Source: a virus | Taxonomy: Duplodnaviria; Caudoviricetes | IMG/VR virus record: IMGVR_UViG_3300029305_000181 | Location: 3,097 to 67,096 of that record | Direction: 5' to 3' (one strand) | Length of the DNA: 64,000 nt | Shown: positions 35,894 through 45,200 of the stretch, piece after piece | Layout of the letters: each line of letters begins with the position of its first letter | Numbering within the stretch: the stretch's first letter is position 1 | Notes under the pieces: model-generated | Told to the model about the DNA's origin: nothing | The model's input: only the letters and a program-made list of their open reading frames with translations | The model's database searches: none | Translations under genes and position numbers: made by a program

Positions 35894-36664
35894 ATGATAT
35901 GTATGAATGCAAAGTTGTTACACCGTTCACGATTATTTGTAAAGAAAAATGCATCTACGATTCTAACAGGAATGGGAGCAGCCGGAGTAGTAGCCACTAC
36001 CGTGATGGCAGTAAAGGCTACGCCTAAAGCAATGGTTTTACTAGAGGCTGCTAAAGAAGAGAAAGGAGAGGAGTTAACCAAGCTCGAAAAAGTGTATGTA
36101 GCAGCACCGGTTTATATTCCAGCAGTATTGATTGGCGCTGGTACAATCGCCTGTATTTTTGGTGCTAATGCTTTGAATAAGCGTCAGCAGGCAGCTTTAA
36201 TGAGCGCTTATGCGTTACTTGATAACTCTTATAAAGAGTATAAGAAAAAAGTAGAAGACTTGTATGGCAAAGAAGTAGACGGCCATATCAAAGCGGAGAT
36301 TGCCAAAGATAAGTATGAGTTGTCTGATATTTTTACAGACGAAGACGCTCAATTATACTATGACGAGTACTCAGGTAGATACTTCGAGTCTACTGCTGCT
36401 AAGGTAAAACAGGCCGAGTATAATGTTAATCGGCTCTTACGAATGAAAGGTTATGCATGCCTTAACGATTTTTATGAAGAATTAGGAATGGAACTGATTT
36501 ATAGCGGATATGATTTAGGCTGGACTCCGTCATTTTTAGAGGAACATGCGTGGCAGTCATGGCTCGATTTCAACCATCAAAAAGTGATTTTAGATGATGG
36601 TTTAGAGGTTTATATTGTATCTTTCTATACCGATCCTACGCCTAATTTCTTAGACTTTGCTTAA
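35894..36664 (+). CDS. DUF6353-like protein, paralogue 1
   Basis: ILTGMGAAGVVATTVMAVKATPKA...YACLNDFYEELG...GWT; start may be 35903. Confidence 0.75.
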   Translation: MICMNAKLLHRSRLFVKKNASTILTGMGAAGVVATTVMAVKATPKAMVLLEAAKEEKGEELTKLEKVYVAAPVYIPAVLIGAGTIACIFGANALNKRQQAALMSAYALLDNSYKEYKKKVEDLYGKEVDGHIKAEIAKDKYELSDIFTDEDAQLYYDEYSGRYFESTAAKVKQAEYNVNRLLRMKGYACLNDFYEELGMELIYSGYDLGWTPSFLEEHAWQSWLDFNHQKVILDDGLEVYIVSFYTDPTPNFLDFA

Positions 36665-36679
36665 AGGAGGATTATATTC

Positions 36680-36802
36680 TTGAATAACTTTAAAAGATTC
36701 TATCTCAGACACGCTGATACTTTTGGACGTGTATATTTGACTATCGCGGTAGTTAGCTTCGGTTGCTTTTGTTATGAACTTAAGCAGTATATGGACATGT
36801 AA
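36680..36802 (+). CDS. 40-aa membrane peptide (TTG start)
   Basis: SD AAGGAGG 10 nt before TTG. Confidence 0.45.
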   Translation: MNNFKRFYLRHADTFGRVYLTIAVVSFGCFCYELKQYMDM

Positions 36803-36810
36803 GAACCGGA

Positions 36811-36840
36811 TTCGCGATATCTACAACTAGTATTATGGAA
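36811..36840 (+). promoter_or_regulatory. Phage motif copy 8
   Basis: TTCGCG ATATCT ACAA CTAGTA TTATG. Confidence 0.7.
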
Positions 36841-36854
36841 GGAGTGAATGAATT

Positions 36855-37007
36855 ATGGATTTCAAAAATATTCCTTGGAAAACGGTAATCAAATATGGAG
36901 CAGCTATTACTATGGCGGTTGCTTCAGCAGTTATGGATCAGCGAAAAGCTGAGGAATTAGATGAAATGAAAAAATTCATCAACAATCTCAAGGAGAAGGA
37001 GTCCTAA
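36855..37007 (+). CDS. 50-aa peptide
   Basis: SD AAGGAG; MDFKNIPWKTVIKYGAAITMAVASAV; followed by a terminator. Confidence 0.6.
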   Translation: MDFKNIPWKTVIKYGAAITMAVASAVMDQRKAEELDEMKKFINNLKEKES

Positions 37008-37026
37008 TCGGACTTCTTTTCTTTTT
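36995..37026 (+). terminator. Terminator, repeated family
   Basis: GAAGGAGTCC-TAATC-GGACTTC-TTTTCTTTTT. Confidence 0.7.
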
Positions 37027-37058
37027 AATCAGGTCACATATTTGAAAGGAGATAAATC

Positions 37059-37838
37059 ATGAGCAAACCCACAGTTACAAAGTTTTTCAAAACCGTGCAG
37101 ACAAAGGTTACCCAGTATAGTCCTGAGATTCTTACGGGCATTGGTATTGCTGGTATGGTCACTACTACCGTTCTGGCAGTCAAAGCCACGCCTAAGGCCA
37201 TGCGACTTATTGAGGATTATAAGGAGTGCGTGCTTCTTGAAAATGAGGAGATCACACCTATCGATGCCGTGAAGGTTGCTTGGAAGCCTTATATTCCGGC
37301 AGTAGTTACAGGCGTATTCTCTACTGCGTGCCTTATCGGCGCCAACTCCGTTAACGCACGTCGCAATGCGGCTCTTGCTACGGCTTATAAGCTTTCCGAG
37401 ACAGCTTTCTCTGATTACAAGGCGAAGGTAATCGAGACTATCGGCGAAAAGAAGGAACAGGTAGTCCGAGACGAGGTGGCGAAGGAGCGAGTAGAAAAGA
37501 ATCCGGTTAGTAAGTCCGAAGTGATTATTACCGAAAAAGGTAATACGCTTTGTCTAGATGTTATTTCCGGTCGATATTTCAAATCCGATATTGATAAGAT
37601 TAAGAAAGCCGAGAATAAGCTTAATTATCAGCTTTTGACATCTGACTATGTTTCTCTTAACGAATTCTATAACGAACTCGGTTTAGATAACACTCGAATC
37701 GGAGATGAACTTGGTTGGAATGTGGTCAATGGACTTATTGAAATTCACTTCAGTTCTACGATTGCCGAGGACGGAACGCCGTGTATCGTAATTGATTATA
37801 GCGTGGCGCCTAACCGAAACTACAATAGATATTCTTAA
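37059..37838 (+). CDS. DUF6353-like protein, paralogue 2
   Basis: PEILTGIGIAGMVTTTVLAVKATPKA...YVSLNEFYNELG...LGW. Confidence 0.75.
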   Translation: MSKPTVTKFFKTVQTKVTQYSPEILTGIGIAGMVTTTVLAVKATPKAMRLIEDYKECVLLENEEITPIDAVKVAWKPYIPAVVTGVFSTACLIGANSVNARRNAALATAYKLSETAFSDYKAKVIETIGEKKEQVVRDEVAKERVEKNPVSKSEVIITEKGNTLCLDVISGRYFKSDIDKIKKAENKLNYQLLTSDYVSLNEFYNELGLDNTRIGDELGWNVVNGLIEIHFSSTIAEDGTPCIVIDYSVAPNRNYNRYS

Positions 37839-37868
37839 TTCGCGAAATTTACAAGACATATTATGAGA
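37839..37868 (+). promoter_or_regulatory. Phage motif copy 9
   Basis: TTCGCG AAATTT ACAA GACATA TTATG. Confidence 0.75.
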
Positions 37869-37896
37869 GACAAACATTTGAAAGGAGTTTTTTAAA

Positions 37897-38124
37897 ATGG
37901 CAAAGGAAAACGTTATCGAAATGGACATGACTGAGGAAGTCGAAAACAAAGGTTTTGTGGCTAAGGTTAAGCAGTTTGGTAAGCAGCATGGTAAGGAGAT
38001 TCTCGCTGGCGCGGGTATCGTTACTGCTGCGGCAATCGGCTATCTCGTAGGCAAGAACTCTGTTGGAGAGATTCTCGAGGTCGTGGATGACTACGTTCCT
38101 GTCGAGGAAATCCTGGAAGGGTAA
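37897..38124 (+). CDS. 75-aa protein with a hydrophobic segment
   Basis: SD GAAAGGAG behind motif copy 9. Confidence 0.7.
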   Translation: MAKENVIEMDMTEEVENKGFVAKVKQFGKQHGKEILAGAGIVTAAAIGYLVGKNSVGEILEVVDDYVPVEEILEG

Positions 38125-38131
38125 GTCTACT

Positions 38132-38172
38132 AGAGGAGGACATCTTTAACAAGGTGTCTTCCTCTTTGTTTT
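38132..38172 (+). terminator. Intrinsic terminator
   Basis: AGAGGAGGACATCT...AGGTGTCTTCCTCT followed by T-tract. Confidence 0.7.
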
Positions 38173-38207
38173 ATGAAAAATAATTTTATACGAAAGGGTG
38201 CATACAA

Positions 38208-38372
38208 ATGAAAACTTGCATGAAGAACGTACTTATTTTTACAGGCGGTATAGCAGTCGGTTCGATGATTGGGTCTATTAAACTCGCCGAAAAGCTTATG
38301 AGCGACGAAGATATTAGAAAGGCGATCGTTTCGGCTATTTCTGATAAAATCTCTAAATGGTTATATGATTGA
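38208..38372 (+). CDS. 54-aa membrane-associated peptide
   Basis: SD GAAAGGG; NVLIFTGGIAVGSMIG. Confidence 0.5.
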   Translation: MKTCMKNVLIFTGGIAVGSMIGSIKLAEKLMSDEDIRKAIVSAISDKISKWLYD

Positions 38373-38419
38373 GTTACCGGAGCCTAAGCTTATTAATTGA
38401 TATTTACGAAAGGAATTAA

Positions 38420-38620
38420 ATGAACACTTATATTTACAAGGGTCCTGTTATGGAATTCGATCGCTGTATTGCTGATCGTTGGCAGGGTGAGACGCGAGCC
38501 GTCTCCGAGAAGAAAGCACGAACTAATCTCGCATTTAGATATAAGAGAGAATATGGCAAAGCAAATACTGCAAAGATTACTTTGCCTGGCAAGATTACTG
38601 TAATCGAGGAGGAGATTTAA
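38420..38620 (+). CDS. Hypothetical protein (66 aa)
   Basis: SD GAAAGGA; abuts the next gene. Confidence 0.7.
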   Translation: MNTYIYKGPVMEFDRCIADRWQGETRAVSEKKARTNLAFRYKREYGKANTAKITLPGKITVIEEEI

Positions 38621-39220
38621 ATGAGCGTTTATGAGCCTAACTCTCACCGTTCCAAGGAAGAAAAGGCTGAAACGAGAGAAAAAAGAGTAGAAAAGGTTAT
38701 CAAGGGTACGGCCAAAACTCGTAAGAAGAGCGAGATTTCTAAGATCGGCGAAGTATTTATTTCTGAGGATGTTAGTAAGGTTAAATCCTATGTTCTCATG
38801 GATGTGCTTGTGCCGGCTATTAAGAAGGCCATTTCCGATATTGTTACGAACGGTATTGACATGATTCTGTATGGTGAATCTGGTCATACCAAGAAGCGTG
38901 GATCTTCTAACTATGTCTCTTATCGAGATTATAGTAGACGAGATGATCGTCGTGATCGTGATGACGAGCCTAGACGAAATAGCTTCAATTGCGAGGATAT
39001 TGTATTTGAAAGTAAGGGTGAAGCACTGGCAGTTATTGACCAGATGAATGACCTGGTTGATAACTACGGTGAAGTTAGCGTTGCTGATCTGTACGATATG
39101 GTCGACCTTACCGCGCCTTACACCAGTAATAAGTATGGCTGGACTAGTGTCCGCTATGCGGAACCTGTAAGAGTTCGAGATGGTTATATTATTAAGCTTC
39201 CTCGAGCTCAAGTGCTTTAA
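38621..39220 (+). CDS. Conserved phage protein with a C-terminal region resembling the DUF6353-like terminal domain
   Basis: EVSVADLYDMV...YGWT versus LNEVYDML...GW in the paralogues. Confidence 0.65.
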   Translation: MSVYEPNSHRSKEEKAETREKRVEKVIKGTAKTRKKSEISKIGEVFISEDVSKVKSYVLMDVLVPAIKKAISDIVTNGIDMILYGESGHTKKRGSSNYVSYRDYSRRDDRRDRDDEPRRNSFNCEDIVFESKGEALAVIDQMNDLVDNYGEVSVADLYDMVDLTAPYTSNKYGWTSVRYAEPVRVRDGYIIKLPRAQVL

Positions 39221-39234
39221 TTAAGGAGGTTTAT

Positions 39235-39546
39235 ATGATTGTAGCGCATACGGATATGAATCGTGTTGATAAATGGGATATGTCTATCGCAGATTATCCA
39301 GACAATAAACCCGATATGGTAAACCACCCCGCACATTATATTTCCAAGAAGGGCATCGAGGTTATCGATGTCATTGAAGCATTCACTGAGGACCTTAAGG
39401 GTATCGAAGCTACCGATACCGGTAATGTCATCAAGTATATTTGCCGTTGGCCTCATAAGAACGGCGTAGAAGACCTTAAGAAGGCTCGTTTCTATATCGA
39501 GCATCTCATTAATCATATTGAAAAGGAGACTAATAATCATGAATAA
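39235..39546 (+). CDS. DUF3310 family protein
   Basis: VNHPAHY...IEVIDVI...GNVIKYICRWPHKNGVEDLKKARFY. Confidence 0.85.
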   Translation: MIVAHTDMNRVDKWDMSIADYPDNKPDMVNHPAHYISKKGIEVIDVIEAFTEDLKGIEATDTGNVIKYICRWPHKNGVEDLKKARFYIEHLINHIEKETNNHE

Positions 39547-40471
39547 ACTTGAGATTGTAAACAAGGCTACTAGAACCTTCCATCGTGTCGGTTTCAAGCT
39601 TAAGAAGCATAGCCCTGAGATTCTGTCAGTAGTTGGTGCTGTCGGCGCCGTCACTGGTGCTGTTATGGCTTGTAAGGCCACTACTAAGGTTGGCGCTATT
39701 CTTGAGGATAGCAAGGAACAGATTGATATTATCCATCAGGGTATGGAAGACGGTCACGTTCGTGACGTGGATTATACTGAGGAAGACGGCAAGAAGGACC
39801 TTGCTATTGTCTATGCTCAGACCGGTCTTAAGGTTGCTAAACTGTATGCTCCTGCTGTAATTGTCGGCGCTGCCGGTATCGCTTGCATGCTTGGCTCTAC
39901 TAATATTCTGCGTAAGCGCAATGTTGCTATCGCAGCTGCTTATACGACTATCGATAAGAGCTTCAAGGAGTATCGTGGTCGTGTTATCGAGCGTTTCGGC
40001 GAAGAACTTGACCGTGAGCTTAAGTACAACATCAAGGCTATGAAGATCGAAGAGAAGGTCGTTGATGAGAACGGTAAGGAAAAGAAGGTAAAGAAGACTG
40101 TACAGGCTATTGATCCTACTAAGTATAGTGCTTATGCTCGTTTCTTTGATGACGGCTGCCTTGGTTGGGATAAGGACGCTGAACTGAATCTCTTCACTCT
40201 GCATCAGGTTCAGGAACATGCTAATGATCTGCTTAAGGCTCGTGGTCATCTGTTCCTTAATGAAGTGTACGATATGCTCGGTTTCAAGCGTACGAAGGCC
40301 GGTAATGTTGTTGGTTGGATTTACGACGAAGAGCATCCGATTGGCGATAACTACGTTGATTTCGGTATGTACAATCTTTATAACGAGAAGGCTCGTGACT
40401 TTGTGAACGGCTATGAGCGAGTTATTCTTCTTGACTTCAATGTGGACGGAGAGATTCTACATCTGATTTGA
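39539..40471 (+). CDS. DUF6353-like protein, paralogue 3
   Basis: KKHSPEILSVVGAVG...ACKATTK...LFLNEVYDMLG...VGW. Confidence 0.75.
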   Translation: MNKLEIVNKATRTFHRVGFKLKKHSPEILSVVGAVGAVTGAVMACKATTKVGAILEDSKEQIDIIHQGMEDGHVRDVDYTEEDGKKDLAIVYAQTGLKVAKLYAPAVIVGAAGIACMLGSTNILRKRNVAIAAAYTTIDKSFKEYRGRVIERFGEELDRELKYNIKAMKIEEKVVDENGKEKKVKKTVQAIDPTKYSAYARFFDDGCLGWDKDAELNLFTLHQVQEHANDLLKARGHLFLNEVYDMLGFKRTKAGNVVGWIYDEEHPIGDNYVDFGMYNLYNEKARDFVNGYERVILLDFNVDGEILHLI

Positions 40472-40587
40472 AGTGGTCTCGACGCTCCTGGTTCTGGGAA
40501 CGTCTGGAGAGATATGTATGATTACTCCTCGATGTTGTACGGTTTCTAACAAAGAGGAGTAATTTACTCGAAAGGAGGCGAGAATAC

Positions 40588-40830
40588 GTGACCGGTAGAG
40601 ATCTGATTATTTATATTTTAAAGAATCATCTAGAGGACGAACCGGTGTTTAAGGACGGAGTATTTGTCGGCTTCCTGACTGTCGACGATGCTGCTGAAAA
40701 GATGTGCGTCGGTCCTGCTACGGTTTCGACTTTAACGAAGCTTGGTATGTTGGATAGTATCTGGGTCGATGGTGGCACTTATATTCAGGCGGATACGTTT
40801 CCTCAAATAGCGAAACACCTGGATATTTAG
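40588..40830 (+). CDS. Small DNA-binding protein (HTH/excisionase-like)
   Basis: LTVDDAAEKMCVGPATVSTLTKLGML. Confidence 0.55.
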   Translation: MTGRDLIIYILKNHLEDEPVFKDGVFVGFLTVDDAAEKMCVGPATVSTLTKLGMLDSIWVDGGTYIQADTFPQIAKHLDI

Positions 40831-40950
40831 GAAAGGGGAACAAAATAATGGATGATAAATTACAAATCATTTCCTATGTGTTTGCAACATTGTCTAGTGC
40901 ATGTTTGTTAGGAGGGATTGTTATTTTGTCCAGGGAAGGGAGAATTCCAT

Positions 40951-41142
40951 GTGTACAGACTCGAGGAGATATTATCAATGTTGGACCGAACATTAAATAG
41001 CCGAAGAAAAAGACATATAACTGGCGGTATACTTTTAAGTATCTCCATGCTTTTCGGCGGTATTGCAGTGACAATTTTAACAGTAAAAAATGAAGAAAAT
41101 CTTGACGAGGAGAGTTATGATGAATTATACCAGATCGAGTAA
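40951..41142 (+). CDS. Small membrane protein
   Basis: SD GGAAGGGAG before GTG; ITGGILLSISMLFGGIAVTILTV. Confidence 0.55.
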   Translation: MYRLEEILSMLDRTLNSRRKRHITGGILLSISMLFGGIAVTILTVKNEENLDEESYDELYQIE

Positions 41143-41728
41143 GTTTATCGCTTTCGCCATGGGCGCCGCTATCGGCTCCGTGGTTACTTGGCAGCTTCTC
41201 AAGACTAAGTATGAGAAGATCGCTGAAGAAGAAACTAGATCTATGGAAGAATATTATAAGAATAAGTATGAGCCTCAGGACGAGCCTGAAGAGGAGGAAC
41301 CTGAGGTAAAAAAGTCCAATGAGGTCAGCGAAGTTAGTGGTTTTTCGTCTGGCCTCAAGTTCCGTAAGCCCGGTCTTGATGAGTATGTCAATATGATCAT
41401 GGACGAGGGTTATTCTGAAAAGAAAGGGGATGTGGAGAACATCGACCGTCCCTATGTAATCGAGCCTGAAGAATACGGCGAGTATCACGGTTATGAACCT
41501 ATCAGTCTTAGCTATTATGCCGATGGTGTTCTTGCTGATGGTGTCACTGGCGATATCGTGGACGATGTCGAGGAGACTGTCGGCGCCGATTTCGCAGATC
41601 ATTTCGGTGAGTATGAGGACGATTCCGTGTTTATCAGAAATGATATTCGAAAGGCCGATTACGAGATTCTTATGGATGTGAGACGGTACGACGATGTTTT
41701 CGGCGAACATCCGTATGACGATGAATGA
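41120..41728 (+). CDS. Acidic protein with N-terminal hydrophobic anchor
   Basis: FIAFAMGAAIGSVVTW; PYVIEPEEYGE. Confidence 0.7.
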   Translation: MNYTRSSKFIAFAMGAAIGSVVTWQLLKTKYEKIAEEETRSMEEYYKNKYEPQDEPEEEEPEVKKSNEVSEVSGFSSGLKFRKPGLDEYVNMIMDEGYSEKKGDVENIDRPYVIEPEEYGEYHGYEPISLSYYADGVLADGVTGDIVDDVEETVGADFADHFGEYEDDSVFIRNDIRKADYEILMDVRRYDDVFGEHPYDDE

Positions 41729-42267
41729 TAAGAAAATTATATTTTGATTGGTTGTATGACATCGTATGTGGTGATAAGTTTTCACAAAGATATTCTTATC
41801 GAAAACTTTTACACCATCTAGATGGAATTGAATTTACGTGGCTTATACCAATGGATGAGAATCGAGCCGAAAAAGGCATGAGTTTAAGACGTCATTTTAT
41901 TCTCGACCAAGGTTATCAAAACGATGACGAATATGATGAAATGATGCTTGAACTCGAAAGACCTTGCAGCGTGCTCGAGATGATGATTGCTTTAGCCTCT
42001 GACTGCGAGCATATAATGGACGATTTCCTTTATGGCGATCGTACTGCTCAATGGTTTTGGGAAATGATCGTTAATCTCGGACTCGGTTCTATGTATGACA
42101 AAAAGTACGATCCTGTCTACATTGACGAAGTCATCGAAACATTTTTACTTCGTGAGTACGAGCCCGATGGAACTGGCGGTTTATTCACGATTAAGGATTG
42201 TGAACGAGATCTTCGTGATGAGGAAATCTGGACTCAATTATCCTGGTATTTAGGAACCATTATCTGA
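41725..42267 (+). CDS. Conserved phage hypothetical protein (180 aa)
   Basis: Overlapping start/stop coupling; CSVLEMMIALA. Confidence 0.7.
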   Translation: MIRKLYFDWLYDIVCGDKFSQRYSYRKLLHHLDGIEFTWLIPMDENRAEKGMSLRRHFILDQGYQNDDEYDEMMLELERPCSVLEMMIALASDCEHIMDDFLYGDRTAQWFWEMIVNLGLGSMYDKKYDPVYIDEVIETFLLREYEPDGTGGLFTIKDCERDLRDEEIWTQLSWYLGTII

Positions 42268-42283
42268 AAGGGGAAAAGACAAT

Positions 42284-45200
42284 GTGATTGATTTTCTTAT
42301 GATTGCAACGCGTAGCACTAAGCGAGGCGTTGTTGAAATCTATCCAAAATTTAAGATTATGAAAAGCAACGACCTCATGATTCGAGGCGGTGACTTTTAT
42401 GCTATCTGGCTTGAAGATCGTGGATTCTGGTCCACGGAAGAGCAAGATGCATTACAATTAATCGATAAAGAATTGGATAGATATGCAAAAGAAAATCGTC
42501 ATAAATACGAGGACAACGTGAAAGTCTTGTATATGTGGGACAGTGAAAACGGCATGATTGACCGTTGGCACAAGTATTGCCAGAAGCATATGCGAGACGA
42601 TTATCACATGTTGGACGAAAATTTGATATTCTCCAATACTGAAGTAACTAAGAAGGATTATGCCAGTAAAAGGCTGAATTATCCTCTCGAAGCTGGTGAT
42701 ATTACAGCATACGATAAGCTGATGTCTACTTTATATTCTCCTGAGGAGAGGCATAAGCTTGAGTGGGCTATCGGTTCTATCGTGTCCGGAGATTCTAAGA
42801 AGATTCAGAAATTCTTAGTCTTGTATGGCGCAGCTGGTACTGGTAAATCTACTGTACTTAATATTATTCAGCAACTATTCGAGGGATATTATTCAGTTTT
42901 TGACGCTAAAGCTCTTGGTTCTGCGAATAATTCGTTTGCGTTGGAAGCATTCAAAACCAATCCGCTTGTAGCAATTCAGCATGACGGTGACTTGTCTAAA
43001 ATCGAAGATAATACTCGACTTAATAGTTTGGTATCCCATGAGTTGATGACCGTAAACGAAAAGTTTAAATCGACATATTCTAGTCGTTTCAAGGCGTTCC
43101 TCTTCATGGGTACCAACCGACCTGTAAAGATTACAGACGGACGTTCGGGTCTTATTCGACGACTTATTGACGTGTCACCGTCAGGCAATAAAGTCAGTCA
43201 AAAGGAATACAAAACTCTTGTCAAGCAAGTTGACTTTGAGCTTGGCGCAATTGCACAACATTGTCTGGATGTATATTTGGCTAAGCCTAATGCTTATGAC
43301 GATTATATTCCTACGACAATGATGGGCGCATCTAACGATTTCTATAACTTTGTTATTGACTCGTACCATATATTTAAAAAAGAAGATGGTGTAAGCTTGA
43401 AGGCTGCTTGGGAGATGTATAAGACCTATTGCGATGAAGCGAAGGTTCCTTATCCGTTCTCTCAGCGTACCTTCAAGGAAGAACTTAAGACCTATTTTTG
43501 GGACTTTAACGATCGTTTCAGTCTCGAGGATGGGTCTAGAGTTCGTAGTTTCTATAGCGGTTTCCGTACTGATCGATTCGAAAATGAATCTGATAAAAAG
43601 AGCAAAAAGAAGGACACTCACAAGCCTAAGCTTATCGAGTTCGAATCTACTGATTCTATATTTGATAAGGAGAGAGCTGATTGTTCTGCTCAGTACGCTA
43701 CTGCTAATGAAACCCCGTCTAAAAAGTGGGAGAAAGTCAAGACTAAGCTGTCCTCGTTGGATACGACCAAGCTGCATTATGTCAAGGTTCCAGAAAATCA
43801 CATTGTGATTGACTTTGATATTCCGGATGGCAGCGGTAATAAATGCTTTAAACGTAACTTGGAAGAGGCTAGTAAATGGCCGCCTACGTACGCCGAACTT
43901 AGTAAGAGCGGACAAGGTATACATCTGCATTATATTTATACTGGAGACGTATCGAAACTGAGTCGAATTTATGATGATTACATAGAAGTAAAGGTATTTA
44001 CCGGAGGTAGTTCGCTTCGGAGAAAATTCACCAAATGCAACGACCTTCCCATAGCGTCTATTAGCTCCGGATTACCCTTAAAGGAGGATTCGAAGGTGAT
44101 AGACTTTGATGGTCTCAAAAACGAGAAGGCATTGCGGACTACTATCAAGCGCAATCTCAATAAAGAGTACCATGCAGCAACCAAGCCTAGCGTAGACTTC
44201 ATTTACAAGATTCTTGAGGATGCCTATAACACGGGTGTCAGCTATGACCTTACTGATATGAAGAATGCCGTATATGCATTCGCCGCGGGCAGTACGAATC
44301 AGGCAGACTATTGTCTCAAGCTTGTAAAGAAGATGCACTTTAAATCTGAGGAGGCTTCTCCTGGGATTAAAGAAAGTGATGCTAGTTTGATATTTTACGA
44401 TATTGAGGTGTTTCCGAACCTCTTCCTCGTTAACTGGAAGATTCAAGGTAAGGGTAAGCCTGTAGTTCGTATGATCAATCCCACTCCTGCTGAGATCGAA
44501 GAACTTCTCAAGTTCAGACTGGTTGGCTATAATTGCCGTCGTTATGATAACCATGTTCTTTACGGACGTTTGCTTGGTTATAGTAATGAGCAGCTTTACG
44601 AACTGTCTCAGAAGATTATCAGCGGTAGCAGGAATGCATTCTTTGGCGAAGCGTATAACCTCTCGTATACGGACGTTTACGACTTTGCTGCTAAGAAGCA
44701 ATCTCTTAAGAAGTGGGAAATCGAGCTTGGTATTCACCACCAGGAACTTGGTTTACCGTGGGATCAGCCGGTGCCTGAGGAAATGTGGCCTAAGGTCGCT
44801 GAGTACTGTGACAATGACGTATACGCTACTGAAGCGGTGTTCGACCATCTCAAGGGCGACTGGACTGCTAGACAGATTCTGGCTGAGCTTGCTGGTTTGT
44901 CTGTAAACGACACGACCAACTCGCTTACTACTAGAATTATATTTGGCAAGGAAAAGAAACCTAATCTGGTTTATACCGATCTGTCCGAGACATTCCCTGG
45001 TTACGAGTTCAAGGACGGTAAGAATATTTACCGTGGCACCGATCTCGGCTTCGGCGGTTATGTCTATGCGGAACCCGGCATGTATACGGACGTAGCACTG
45101 CTTGACGTAGCTTCTCTGCATCCGCATTCGATTATCGCTATGAATTGCTTTGGCGACTATACGCAGCACTTCAAGGATATTCTTGATGCTCGTATGTACA

